A stretch of DNA of 63,172 nucleotides, filler included, from Octopus bimaculoides (GCF_001194135.2; 9 parts of 8 records of this genome joined end to end with filler, not necessarily neighbours in it); one strand, 5' to 3'; shown: positions 41,106-54,464, numbered from the whole stretch's first letter. The notes: generated by a model from the sequence alone, not told the origin. Made by a program: numbers and translations.

Positions 41106-41595
41106 ATGTGTGTGTGTGTGTGTGTGTTTAAATAATATGGGTAGTTTATTAGCAATTTACCAACCTAAAGGCAAATTTATAGACGTCACTAACGTGACAG
41201 AGGGTGTTGGGTGGTGCTGCCAGCATTGCTAGAAATAAGAGCCAAAACAACTCAATCGCCACAGAAGCACTATCTTAATGATTGACAAGGGGAGACAGGT
41301 TCCCCAGCGGACAGCCAGATCACCGGCGATTTCGAATTTTGATACAGAGCATCTTAATTCTCATCGGTGGCTCTTATTCTTGTATTCTTTTATTGTTTCA
41401 GTCATCTGACTGCGGCCATGCTGGAGTATCGCCTTTTTAGTCGAACAAATCAACCCCAGGACTTGTTTTTTGTAAACCTAGTACTTATTCTATCAGTCTG
41501 TTTTGCCGAACCGCTAAGTTACGGGACTGTAAACACACCAACACCGTTTGTCAAGCGACGGTGGTAGGACTAACACACACACACACACACACACA

Positions 41596-41695
41596 NNNNN
41601 NNNNNNNNNNNNNNNNNNNNNNNNNNNNNNNNNNNNNNNTTAATTAATTAANNNNNNNNNNNNNNNNNNNNNNNNNNNNNNNNNNNNNNNNNNNN
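41596..41695. other. Artificial assembly join (100 bp of N with central TTAATTAATTAA)
   Basis: Identical blocks at 13453-13552, 26589-26688, 41596-41695, 45391-45490, 49134-49233, 55572-55671, 57890-57989 and 61476-61575. The 12-mer puts stop codons in all six frames. Confidence 0.95.
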
Positions 41696-41827
41696 TATAT
41701 ATATGTATGTATGTATGTGTGTGTGTGTGTGTGTGTGTGTATATACAGTCAATACAAATGAATGACCAATAAAATTAACAATAACAGACAACAAGAGGAC
41801 GTGCACAAGGCATGTATTAGTTTCACG

Positions 41828-41880
<53 letters not shown>

Positions 41881-41898
41881 CTATGTAATGCATATATG

Positions 41899-41904
41899 TT
41901 TATT
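41899..41904 (-). promoter_or_regulatory. Candidate polyadenylation signal of the CBM14 gene
   Basis: AATAAA on the minus strand about 50 nt downstream of the TAA stop at 41955-41957. Confidence 0.4.
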
Positions 41905-41954
41905 GATTGAAGGAGAGGGGACTATATAGAAAGCGAGTGAGCTAGAAAGAAAAA

Positions 41955-42121
41955 TTAACAAATTTTATTTGAAACTTGACAGTGGTTATTTTCAAAAATT
42001 TGTCCGTTCAAACAGGTCATTTTAGTAGTAACCCCACGGCTGCAGATATAGTATTTGTGGCACTCGTTTGGGTGAGCATAGAAACCGTCAGGTTTATTGG
42101 CACAGAAATTATGTGGGTTCA
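41955..42121 (-). CDS. Chitin-binding protein terminal exon, CBM14 domain 2
   Basis: Acceptor ttctttctttccag, phase 1: (V)NPHNFCANKPDGFYAHPNECHKYYICSRGVTTKMTCLNGQIFENNHCQVSNKIC*. Six Cys spaced 13-5-9-10-6. It joins in frame to exon 43250-43456. Confidence 0.9.
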
Positions 42122-43249
42122 CTGGAAAGAAAGAAATAACTTTATGTAACAAAATAGTAATTAGAAACCGTAACATAAAATAAATCCATCAAAATGAAAA
42201 GAAGGCAAAAAGTTAAATATGAAACTCTAAAGGGTTTCATATGTCAAACACATACCCCAAGAATTAAGTTTCCGATGTTATGCATCAGCGAATCCCAAGA
42301 GATTCAACAATTTTCTTGTATCTAAGTAAAAACATCAACTAATGCTTCGTATTTTGTCGCTTTTGTTCAATCTCATGCTACTTTCACTTAGACTCTCTTG
42401 AGCATCTCATCTTCCTCTTATTGATAATTATATTGTGTTCGCTCGTCTATTAGGTGTAAAATTAATCACTTTTTCCCATCTTTTCTACTCATAATCCCGT
42501 ACTTCTGGAATTCCTTTCATATCCATGTTTTTCCTGCAGTTATCCACTTGTAACTGAGAGATTAACTTCATCAATCTCAGGAGTCTTTGAGGGCCAGTGA
42601 ACACTATGTGCATAATTTCTTTCTTAAGATCAAACAAAAAAAATCTGTTTAAATTACTGTAGGCCACATAAATATATATATATATAAAAAAACCTTACAA
42701 TGTGATAAAGTGCACCGTTGTAAGCAGTAGAGCAGTAGAGCAGTAGAGTAGTAGAGCAGTATATAAATGACGAGCATTTTCACTATCAGGGCTCAAGAAA
42801 TCTCTTCAGTTGTAGTGGAAAATAAGTATTAATTGATGTGAAACACATCATATTCAGTCAAATGGTTACATGTCGCTCAAAGTTAAAATGAACGTTTTTA
42901 CGAATTACTAGGATTCGTTGATGTTTGACTCTGGATGAGAAATAAATCTTACTCTGGTTATGACACCAACATCGCGCAGCTAATTTTATCGGAAAAGGTC
43001 TGATATATGAACTGAGGTAGATAAATACTAAGTTTCATGCGTTGTGACAAAAAATATTCGGGTCGAGGATATGAATAACGCTGTCTGATTTTTAGCTTAA
43101 TATTTCATCTACCTGATTATATTTTCTCTCTCATGATTACCAAGCTAGAAATAAATGCGGTCTGTGATTATGTTTAGACTATTTAAATTCTAATAAAGTA
43201 TAGACTTCTTTCATTTAAGAGGACAGAAAAGAAACGGCTAGATAAATAC

Positions 43250-43456
43250 CTGTGGAATCTATACACTGTACTTGATCTTTGAAGAAGCAATATTTCAACT
43301 TGGGGTCAAAATATAGTCCTTGTCCACAAAACATTAGATTGGCTTTTCCACTAGCACAATAGATATATTCCTTGCATGCATTTGGACTGTCATAAAGTCC
43401 ATCTGATCTGAACTTACAAAAGTTAGATATGTCGTGCCCTGGGGTTTTGATATTTG
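43250..43456 (-). CDS. Chitin-binding protein exon, CBM14 (peritrophin-A/ChtBD2) domain 1
   Basis: Manual translation (absent from the ORF track): NIKTPGHDISNFCKFRSDGLYDSPNACKEYIYCASGKANLMFCGQGLYFDPKLKYCFFKDQVQCIDST. Cys spacing is C-x13-C-x5-C-x9-C-x12-C-x7-C. The exon is 207 bp, phase 1-1, with acceptor ttcttcttcttatag and donor GTATTT. Confidence 0.92.
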
Positions 43457-43634
43457 CTATAAGAAGAAGAAAATAAAAAGGAAATTAAAATCACAACGTT
43501 CGTAAGTTGCTGGATATTGCTAGTTATTGGATATTTTTTAGTCACAGTCATAATATAGTTTCAAATGTTGGCACAATACCAACAGGTTTGTAGGAGGGGG
43601 CAAGTCGATTACATGGATCCCAGGGCTCAACAGG

Positions 43635-43915
43635 TGTGTGTGTCTGTCTGTCTGTCTGTGTGTGCGTCTGTATATGTGCATCACTAAAACTCGAGAACTA
43701 CCCAACCAACTTCATTCAAATTTTACACATACAGTACTTAGGGTTCATGGAGTGTCATGGGCCAGAATATTTTCAACTTCTTGTCAAATGCGAGCCCGAA
43801 GCAATCGCTTAGACTGTTTCGATATTATGTGTCAAAAGTGAAATCATAACATCTCAGTTGTAATGTGAGATAATAGTTTCAGTTTTAATAGGTTCACTAT
43901 TAATACTGTCACTAT
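43635..43915 (+). mobile_element. Helitron/Helentron-associated non-autonomous element (DINE/HINE-like)
   Basis: (GTCT)n followed by aaaactcgagaactacccaaccaacttcattcaaattttacac, similar to the conserved core of DINE-1-like elements. Confidence 0.4.
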
Positions 43916-43939
43916 GTATATTATATATACATACTGAAA

Positions 43940-44023
<84 letters not shown>

Positions 44024-44218
44024 GTATATATATAAATTTCTATATATATATATCTGTATATATCTATATATATGCATGTATATATGTGTATATATATCTG
44101 CACATATATATGTATGTATACATAGATATATATGTGTATATGCATAGATATATATGTGTATATGCATAGATGTATAAGTATAGATGTATATGTATATATA
44201 TGTATATATGTATGTACC

Positions 44219-44260
<42 letters not shown>

Positions 44261-44665
44261 NNNNNNNNNNNNNNNNNNNNNNNNNNNNNNNNNNNNNNNN
44301 NNNNNNNNNNNNNNNNNNNNNNNNNNNNNNNNNNNNNNNNNNNNNNNNNNNNNNNNNNNNNNNNNNNNNNNNNNNNNNNNNNNNNNNNNNNNNNNNNNNN
44401 NNNNNNNNNNNNNNNNNNNNNNNNNNNNNNNNNNNNNNNNNNNNNNNNNNNNNNNNNNNNNNNNNNNNNNNNNNNNNNNNNNNNNNNNNNNNNNNNNNNN
44501 NNNNNNNNNNNNNNNNNNNNNNNNNNNNNNNNNNNNNNNNNNNNNNNNNNNNNNNNNNNNNNNNNNNNNNNNNNNNNNNNNNNNNNNNNNNNNNNNNNNN
44601 NNNNNNNNNNNGGTAAGGTTGTTTTTGTATGTGAAGAATAGTTTATAACACATCCTTTTGATATA

Positions 44666-44705
<40 letters not shown>

Positions 44706-45743
44706 CCTTTTGATATATAATTGGTGTTATCATTCTTAAATTAGTGACATTGGATAATAACAGAATTAACGGTACCTTTGTAAATTAATTTTATATTATA
44801 TTCTCGTAAAATTTGGCAACGAGATTATGTTACATTGGAAAGCTGTTGCGATTTCGACGCGAAACGAATCAGTAGCGGCAAAGATTTCGTGAAGGACAGG
44901 TTAGCTATTACTGTATGGTGATGCGTGCTGAGAAAGCTAAAGCATATTAATGTCAATGCAGAAACTAGTCCACGTGAATCCATATGTACGTAAGTTGATT
45001 GTCTTAACTAATTTTGCCTTCGTTTGATTTCTGTAGTAACTACCAGTGTATTTTTGGCAATTTAATAGCGAGTTTTGACTGCTATTTCAAGCAGGTAGAC
45101 ATACTTAGTATGTCCTTTGATTAATTATAATCCTTCGGATTTTTAAATGCCATTTTTGGCCTGCAGTCACCCGTATCGTTGATTCTGTTATTATCATTCT
45201 TAAATTAGTGACATTGGATAATAATAGAATTAACGGTACCTTTGTAAATTATATATATATGTATATATATATATTAGAAAAAATAAGGTACTCAGAGATC
45301 TGGATGAGTGTACATTTACAGATTTTAATAAATATGTCACATGTTTTTTCTAAATCATATATTAGCGCTTTCATCTACTCTAATAGATTCNNNNNNNNNN
45401 NNNNNNNNNNNNNNNNNNNNNNNNNNNNNNNNNNTTAATTAATTAANNNNNNNNNNNNNNNNNNNNNNNNNNNNNNNNNNNNNNNNNNNNATGAAACAAG
45501 ATATGCATTTCTGAGAATGATGGGGGCGCGCATGCGTGTGTGCGTGTTTATGTATGTGTGTGCGTGCGTGTGTGTATATGTGCATGGCTAAAATGCTGCT
45601 TAACAGAACGATCGATGCCACTAAACATGTCTATTGTAACGTTGTTCTTTTATTACCAACCCCTTTAAGAAGATTGTTATCAAAAGACAGCTTCACGTTG
45701 TTCGTAGTAACAACACAACGGAATACCGTAGTATAACACACAC

Positions 45744-45790
<47 letters not shown>

Positions 45791-46161
45791 CATTCCCGCG
45801 TACACATGCATACAAACGTATTAATATGGATAGATACCGAAATGCAAGTATAACGTGTGCATACATACATACATACGAATACATACACACATACATATAT
45901 ACACACGCACACAGAATGCATTCGTGTTGTGTGTTGACATGCACGGACATTGCGCATGCATGAGTGTATTTCTAGGAATACATAAATAAGTGTACGTGTG
46001 AGTGTGTGTATGTATGCGTGTATATAGATACATAACACCCGCTGTCACTCTTCCTCTCTCTCTCCCTCTCTATTTCACACGCTCTCTTTCTCTCCTTTTT
46101 ATCGCGCTCTCCCCTCCTCTCCCTCCTTTTTTATATATCTATCTCTCGATCGACATATGTA

Positions 46162-46207
<46 letters not shown>

Positions 46208-46208
<1 letters not shown>

Positions 46209-46586
46209 TCTTTTACTTGTTTCAGTCATTTGACTGTGGCCATGCTAGTGCAAGCCTTTAGTCGAGCAAATCGACGCCAGGTCTTATTCCTTGTAAGCTA
46301 AGTACTTATTCTGTCGGGCCCTTTTGCCGAACCGCTAATTTACGGGGACGCAAACATACCAACATCGGTTGTCAAGCGATGTTGGGGGACCAACACAGAC
46401 ACACAAACATATATACATATAAACGACGGGCTTCTTTCAGTTTCCGTCTACCAAATCCACTCACAAGGTTTTGGTCGACCCGAAGCAATAGTAGAAGACA
46501 CTTGCCCAAGGTACCACGCAGTGGGACTGAACCCAGAACCATGTGGTTGGTAAGCAAGCAACTTACCACACAGCCACTCCTACGCC
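46208..46586 (-). mobile_element. Family B SINE, full length
   Basis: Same architecture. Partial copies occur at about 13860, 28750, 41385, 52610, 54835, 55190 and 55680. Confidence 0.8.
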
Positions 46587-47131
46587 TATGTAGGAGTGGA
46601 ACCATGTCGTTAGGAAGCAAGATTCTTACCATACTTCTGCGTCTATACATACATATNNNNNNNNNNNNNNNNNNNNNNNNNNNNNNNNNNNNNNNNNNNN
46701 NNNNNNNNNNNNNNNNNNNNNNNNNNNNNNNNNNNNNNNNNNNNNNNNNNNNNNNNNNNNNNNNNNNNNNNNNNNNNNNNNNNNNNNNNNNNNNNNNNNN
46801 NNNNNNNNNNNNNNNNNNNNNNNNNNNNNNNNNNNNNNNNNNNNNNNNNNNNNNNNNNNNNNNNNNNNNNNNNNNNNNNNNNNNNNNNNNNNNNNNNNNN
46901 NNNNNNNNNNNNNNNNNNNNNNNNNNNNNNNNNNNNNNNNNNNNNNNNNNNNNNNNNNNNNNNNNNNNNNNNNNNNNNNNNNNNNNNNNNNNNNNNNNNN
47001 NNNNNNNNNNNNNNNNNNNNNNNNNNNNNNNNNNNNNNNNNNNNNNNNNNNNNNNNNNNNNNNNNNNNNNNNNNNNNNNNNNNNNNNNNNNNNNNNNNNN
47101 NNNNNNNNNNNNNNNNNNNNNNNNNNNNNNN

Positions 47132-47162
<31 letters not shown>

Positions 47163-48155
47163 CGTACATACATACATTTTGTGTGCGTGTGAAAAAATGT
47201 GTTGATGTTTGTTTGTGTGTGTGTGTATGTGTGTGTCTTAATTTTTACTCGATATCAATCCACAAACTTACCTCACACGCTACAACGTAATTAGTCTTAG
47301 CGCGGTATCTTTCACCATAAGTGCTCAACAATTGACCACATAAATTATTTATAGTTTGTGTGCGTGTATGCGCATGTTTTTGCGACTGTTATCGTTTTTG
47401 CGCCTACCGCCATTCTATGTGTATTCATGTAATTCTGTGCATTTATGCATGAGCGGCTGCATGATTAAAATTTCCCTTCTCATGCTCAAGCTTCCGCGTT
47501 CGTTCCCACTGCGCCGCATTTGAAGCTTTCGTCATTTTCTGTAACATTATCAGAACCACAGATATTTGTGGTTTTCACATACTCTTTAATGCATACGTTG
47601 CCTGAGAATTTCCTACATCATATACGTGTGCGTGTAATACTCAGCCACTCGTATTAATTTACAAGGTCCAGTATACACGTAATTAAAACATTTCACTCAT
47701 ATTATTTATACGACGTTGTCTAGCTCTGAGGATTGTATTGAGGTTAGACGTAATATTTAGCCGCTTATAATGTAATTCCATGTACTGAAAGAACGCCGTT
47801 GTGTATATATATATATATATATATNNNNNNNNNNNNNNNNNNNNNNNNNNNNNNNNNNNNNNNNNNNNNNNNNNNNNNNNNNNNNNNNNNNNNNNNNNNN
47901 NNNNNNNNNNNNNNNNNNNNNNNNNNNNNNNNNNNNNNNNNNNNNNNNNNNNNNNNNNNNNNNNNNNNNNNNNNNNNNNNNNNNNNNNNNNNNNNNNNNN
48001 NNNNNNNNNNNNNNNNNNNNNNNNNNNNNNNNNNNNNNNNNNNNNNNNNNNNNNNNNNNNNNNNNNNNNNNNNNNNNNNNNNNNNNNNNNNNNNNNNNNN
48101 NNNNNNNNNNNNNNNNNNNNNNNNNNNNNNNNNNNNNNNNNNNNNNNNNNNNNNN

Positions 48156-48187
<32 letters not shown>

Positions 48188-49035
48188 TTACATGTATATA
48201 CATATATACATACATCCACACACACATACGCACACACACACATATGGAGTGACAAAGAAAGAGACAGAGACACAGAACGATTTAGTTAGCTTACACATGT
48301 TTCGAATAGTCTGGCGCAATGCAAATATGGCATGTTGCAGTGTGTGTGTTCTATTGACCTGTAATATGCTTTTTAGCTAAGAAAAATATATCTTGGCAGC
48401 TAGTTACTCGCAATTCCGGACAAAATTTAGCGACCAATGAAGAATCGATAAAATATACAAACTACAATGCGTAGTGCATGCAATGTATCTGACTATTTGA
48501 AACATGTGCAAGCTGAATTAATCGCTGATTATGTATCTTCATTTTTATGGGGATTTTTGAGCGTTTTTTGTTTTGCATTTTTTTCTAATGTATCCTGTGA
48601 GTAATAAATCGAAAATAATTAACGTTCTACCATGGATTCACAAATTGTATCTGTTACAAGAAACAAATAACTATGCATACGAATTGCCATAATACTATCG
48701 AGACAATTTAATTAACCACCTGGATTTATCTAATCCCTATTCATTCCATTATATGTGTGTTTATGTGAGTGTGTGTGTGTGTGTACGTGTGTGCTTACAC
48801 TGACTATGTAATTTCATATTTATTTTGCAAGATTCTTGATGCGAAAATGAGTGTTCTGACAGATGTTTTATTGGCGGGTGGCTGGGTGGCTGGGTGGCTG
48901 GATGGCATTTTGCCATTTTGCAAGGACATGCCAATGATGTGGTCAAGAATGGCGAGCAAAGGCTTCTGACTGATCGTTCGAACGATTAATCAAGCTATTG
49001 ATCAGTTAATTCGCTAATTGGTTAACGATTTGAAA

Positions 49036-49106
<71 letters not shown>

Positions 49107-49264
49107 TAATAATAATTAATTCGTTTTATTGGCNNNNNNNNNNNNNNNNNNNNNNNNNNNNNNNNNNNNNNNNNNNNTTAATTAATTAANNNNNNNNNNN
49201 NNNNNNNNNNNNNNNNNNNNNNNNNNNNNNNNNAGCTCCCCACCTTAAATATTAAAAAAATGGT

Positions 49265-49940
49265 AGTAATGGTTCTAAATGTTGGCACAAGACCAGCAAT
49301 TTAGGGGTAAGAGGGAGTTAATTACATCGACTCGAGTGTTCAGTTTGGTACATTTTAATCGACCCTGAAAGGATGAAAGGCAAAGTCGACTTTGGCGGAA
49401 TTTGAACTCAGAACATAAAGACGGACGGAATGCCGCTAAGCATTTTGTTCCGCGTGCTAACAATTCTGCCTGCTCACCGCCTTATGTACGTTAGAAAAAA
49501 TATATTGGCTTCAAATCTTGTCACAAGGCCAGCAGTCTCAGGGTAAGGGGTATGTCAATTACATTGACCCAGTGCTTACCTAGTAATTACTTTATCGATC
49601 CGAAACGATGAAAGGCAAAGTCAACCCCGGCGGAATTTGAACTCAGAACGCAAAGACGGACGCAAGGCCGCTAAGTATTTTGCCCACTGTGCTAACGATT
49701 CTGCCAGCTCGCCACCCCCACGTACAGAAATGTTGAATTCAGATTTTGTCACAATGCCTGAAATTTTGGGGGAGAGGTTAAGTCGATTACATCGACTCCA
49801 GCGTTCAACTGAGACTTAATTCATCGGCCTCGAAAGGATGAAAGGCAAAGTCAACCTCGGTGTAATCTGAACTTAGAACGTAAAGAAGGACGAAATACCG
49901 CTAAGCACTTTATCCTGCACGCTAAAGATTCTGCTAGCGA
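49265..49940 (-). mobile_element. Three head-to-tail family A SINE copies
   Basis: Same unit repeated from about 49270, 49505 and 49740. Confidence 0.8.
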
Positions 49941-50149
49941 TGTACGGTAAACACCGCCAAATTGTATTCGTCAATTTAGATTACTTTTTTTACAGTACTG
50001 TATTAAAAAATAGAAATTATTTGTTTGTAAGCTTAACCTAGCCTAGAGACAAGTTAATTTGACTGAAGTCGTTTTTCGACTTAAGTTGTGTCTTCTGAAA
50101 CCAATTAACGACGTAGGGTGAGGTATACCAGTGCGTGTGTGTGTATATA

Positions 50150-50205
<56 letters not shown>

Positions 50206-50207
<2 letters not shown>

Positions 50208-50300
50208 CAGGGTGTCCACAAGGTCTGGGTACATGGAGTAAATAAAATCATAACATAAACAATTAAATTTAAGAAATAATAATTTCTTAAAGTATGTGNN
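50206..50300 (+). mobile_element. Possible Tc1/mariner-type element left end
   Basis: Starts TACAGGGTGTCCACAA directly after a (TA)n tract. No matching right end was located. Confidence 0.3.
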
Positions 50301-50443
50301 NNNNNNNNNNNNNNNNNNNNNNNNNNNNNNNNNNNNNNNNNNNNNNNNNNNNNNNNNNNNNNNNNNNNNNNNNNNNNNNNNNNNNNNNNNNNNNNNNNNN
50401 NNNNNNNNNNNNNNNNNNNNNNNNNNNNNNNNNNNNNNNNNNN

Positions 50444-50486
<43 letters not shown>

Positions 50487-51489
50487 ATGATATTATTAGT
50501 GTTTCTCTGTTTGACTTTCTGTCTGTTTGCTGGGAAACACCCGATGACAAGGTAAGTTTTAATGTGGTTTTTCAGTTCATTTAAAACAATTCTATGAAGG
50601 ACGTTCCGTTGCATCACCGTGACACACCGACAGAACACTCCCCAACTGACTAATTCTTTCTGACACAAACATGACCAACTTCCTCGAATCCCAGATCTTC
50701 CTCGTCATTTGACAACTGACTCTGTGTGTGTTGTTTATTTTTAGTTTCATTCAAGGAAGCCAGTTAATATTTCGTTCAGAAAAAGTATGGCTCTACACAA
50801 ACACCCACATACACGCTCACACAGATATATTCACACACAAACACATACTCACACACATACACACCAATTACTTAACTGCCGCTGCTAGTCGTGTGCTAAA
50901 TTTAGAAACAATCATTACTTGCAGGGGATCTAAAGCAATTGGCCTTCTAGTATTTTTTTGTTCTGAGTTCAAATCCCACCGAGGTCAACTTTCCCCTTCA
51001 TCCCTCCGAGGTCGATAAAATAAAGTCAATCCAGCCCTGCTGTTGACGTAATCGTTTGAACCCCTCCACTCAAAATGCTGTCTTTGTGTCTAACTCAAAA
51101 ATCATTACTGCTATCGTTAATACAGTTCTATATTTAAGAGATGAGGAATTATGTACATCATTTACATTATTTACATTTGACGGTTATTTGTCCTTATTTG
51201 GATCATATTTTTCTTAGTGTTAACTACATCCCATCTTTGTTGGATTAAAATTAAAAAATAGAAGAAACATACATACATACATATTAAAGGGTAAATAGAA
51301 GACAGGATAAGAGGAGACACATGGGACAGAGAATCGCTGAAGAGGTCATAGTAGGTGTGATGGAAGAATTCTGTCAGGTAAGTAAACTGAAAATAATAAT
51401 AATAATAAAACTGAAGTGAAGACCAAATAAATAGTGCATGTGTTTATTGCAAAAGATGACCGTCCCCAAGTGTAACAATACATATACGT

Positions 51490-52000
51490 GTATGTGTGTG
51501 TGTGTGTGTGTGCTGTATGTATCTGTGTGCCTGTGTGTTGTTTGTGTGTGTGTATTTGTGTGTCTGTGTTCCTGTGTGTCTGAGAGTGTGTCTGTTGTGT
51601 GCGTGTCTGTGTGTCTGTGTATGTGTCTGTTGTATGTGTGTTTCTGTGTGTGCGTCTGTGTGTGTATGCTGTGTGTCTGTGTATCTGTTTGTTGTGTATA
51701 TGCGTGTGTCTGTTGTACGTGTGTTTATATGTGTGTGTGTCTGTGTGTCTCTCTGTGTGTCTGTGTGTCTCTCTGTGTGTCTGTTGTCTGTATGTAAGCC
51801 TGTTGTCTATATATGTGTGTGTCTGTGTGTGTGTCTATTGTGTATATGTGTATGTGTCTGTTGTGTATGTATGTATGTATGTATGTATGTGTGTATGTGT
51901 ATGTGCCTGTTGTGTGTGTGTGTATGTGTGTGTCTTTGTGTGTCTGTGTGTCTGTTGTGTCTGTGTGTCTGTTGTGTGTCTGTGTGTTCGTGTGTGCGTG

Positions 52001-52039
<39 letters not shown>

Positions 52040-52040
52040 A
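51490..52040. repeat. Compound degenerate (TG)n satellite with recurring ctgttgt motif
   Basis: Visible directly in the sequence. The Cys/Val and His/Thr ORFs are artefacts. Confidence 0.9.
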
Positions 52041-53234
52041 TATAATCGTTCGTCCATCAAAAATGACGATGAGCTATTAGCAACTGCTAATAAATAAATA
52101 ATTATGATAAATAAATAAATAAATAAATAAATAAAACGGGGAGAAAGAACGAATATGAGAAAACGAGTGAAGTTGTGTTTGTTTATTAAGAATCAATGAG
52201 GATGATAACTTCAACCGTACGGTCAGTGTTGTCACAACGTATGAACGCATGCATTGATCTGTCCGGGGCCTCTGGAGCTGCTAAACATGGCTCTGCATCG
52301 GAACCTCAACAGAATAAATCCGGTAGAAGATCAGAGAATCACAACAGTTCGTGTCTATACTACACCAGCCGTGTGTCTGAATCTACGAAACGTTCGTTGT
52401 TTGATTGCCGTAATCTGCGAAACGTTTGTTGTTCGATTATCGTAAACTGCGAAACGTTCGTTGTTCGATTGCCCCACCACCACCAACACCACAATCACTA
52501 CTACCGCAATGAAAGGGTTTACTTCTGTGACTCCAAGAAGTTTCAGCCTTCTGGTTAGGTGGTCATAGCTGGTCAGTTTTGACTACCATATAATGGTTAA
52601 TGACAAGCGTCTTTCAGTTTCCGTCTACCAAATCCACTCACAAGGCTTTGGTCGACCCGAGGCTATAGTAGAAGGTACTTGCCCAAGGTGTCACGCAGTG
52701 GGACTGAACCCGGAACCTTGTGGTTGGGAAGCAAGCTTTTTTGCATGCACACCAGACTCACTTTCTCGTTCTCATCCAATACGCACAGTGTCAATATAAA
52801 TCCAATGACGACAACTGAGCGCCTATGAGAATGCAGGAGATTGCCAACGAGGCTGAAGGTTAGATGGTACTTCTCAGTACCATCTAACTTAGTAAATGAG
52901 GACATAAAACATAATCCCAGCTGTTCGCCCTGCATCATGGCTTCTAACCCAGCATGACCGTATATTGCTAACTCCACCTGTCCCTACCACCTGTTGCCTC
53001 CGACTCCGAAATGAAAACATGCTACTGAACATTTATCGCATACTTAAAGGACATATCATATAGATTATTAGGTGATTGTTGACTCCGCTGAATTCATCTG
53101 CTCTTTGACAGGTCTAGCTTTACATTATTCAGGATGGATGCAATTACCAAGGTTGGTGAGGTTACCAGTTTAGACAACTCGACCGTGCAACAGGGGTGTA
53201 ATGCATTGCATGTTACCAGGAGCGTTCTCAGGAA

Positions 53235-53545
53235 ACCTGCCATAAATATATATATAAGTTCATCTGGGACCTTTGACAGCAGGGGGTGAATTTGATTCTG
53301 TAAAACATCTACTCACTGATAGTCCTTCAGATGTTTCGGCAAGGCGTTAAAAATCGTTGTGGGCCCTTGAATCCCAAGCTATTGCATTACATAGTCTTCA
53401 CTCTAGACAGGACTGCAGGGACCTTTGGAAAAACGCAGTGACAACCAGTTCGGGGGCTGGTGTAGCTCTGGATGCCAAAGTTTGCTGTCAATCCCTCCAG
53501 GGTCTTCCATACGTACATTGCCGAATACCTTTCCCGTCTGTATGT
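53235..53545 (-). mobile_element. CR1/L2-group LINE 3' ORF2 fragment
   Basis: RRERYSAMYVWKTLEGLTANFGIQSYTSPRTG...CNSLGFKGPQ...KHLKD...LLSKVPDE. Confidence 0.7.
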
Positions 53546-54383
53546 ATGTATGTATATATATTTATACAAGGGCATTATATAAATAAATATTTTTCGGGGA
53601 ATAAATGATGGATTTTTCCCTTATGAGGTTTTTTCACACTAAAAAGAATTTATCCCATTTTTGAATTAATTAAATATGTATGTATTTATATGTTTTTGTG
53701 TGTGTGCGTGCATTTGTGTATGTGTATATACAGTCATATAGTCATATACATATATATATGTATGTCATATATATGTATATGTATATACAAACATATATGT
53801 ACATATATGTGTGCGTATATGTACATACATACATGCATTCATACATACATATAAACATGCATACATATATACATACATACATACATACATACATACATAC
53901 ATACATACATACATACATACATGCACATTCATTTATCCTATATCAAATGGAGGACATAAAGTCAAGTGAATAATTAGTCATCTGAAGATTTTCGCCTCTT
54001 ATTAATGAAAATCCCCTTGACCAAGGAACCATTCCCAGTATTTGAATAGAACGGTTGTAGTCAAACGGAAATATTTCCAGCGATATAACTAATAAGGAGA
54101 GGAGACCGTTTCAACAGTGAATCACATAAATATCCGATGAAATTTGGCAACAGAACACGCATACATTTTGAAGTGCTATAGTCATCAATTTATAAGCATA
54201 CTTAATGAAAATGTGTTAATAGGGATTGTGAGGAAAAACGAATAAACCAAGTGTGCAATCTATTGTTTTTGTCTTGTACACACCCACTTTATATATTTAT
54301 TTACTTATATATATATATGCATAAATATTTACTTTTATAGAGTTAGATACATGCGAACGACATTGTGTTAATCTCGCTCGAAG

Positions 54384-54464
54384 ATGATACGAAATACTCG
54401 GCTTACTCAGCTTATCGTGTTTGTGATTTTGATAACAAATTCCTTGGGGGAAAAAACTACAGAG
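54384..54464 (+). CDS. Candidate first coding exon (signal peptide) of an unidentified secreted protein
   Basis: MIRNTRLTQLIVFVILITNSLGEKTTE has a basic N-terminus, a hydrophobic core and an SLG small-residue cleavage site. It is followed by GAG|GTAAAT and preceded by an acceptor ttttatag at 54340. No downstream exon was identified. Confidence 0.35.

Noticed and set aside
54341-54464. 124-bp exon-like unit matching the size I expected for the missing Vsx homeobox exon
   Set aside because: Wrong strand, and no homeodomain sequence in any frame. Retained only as a signal-peptide candidate.
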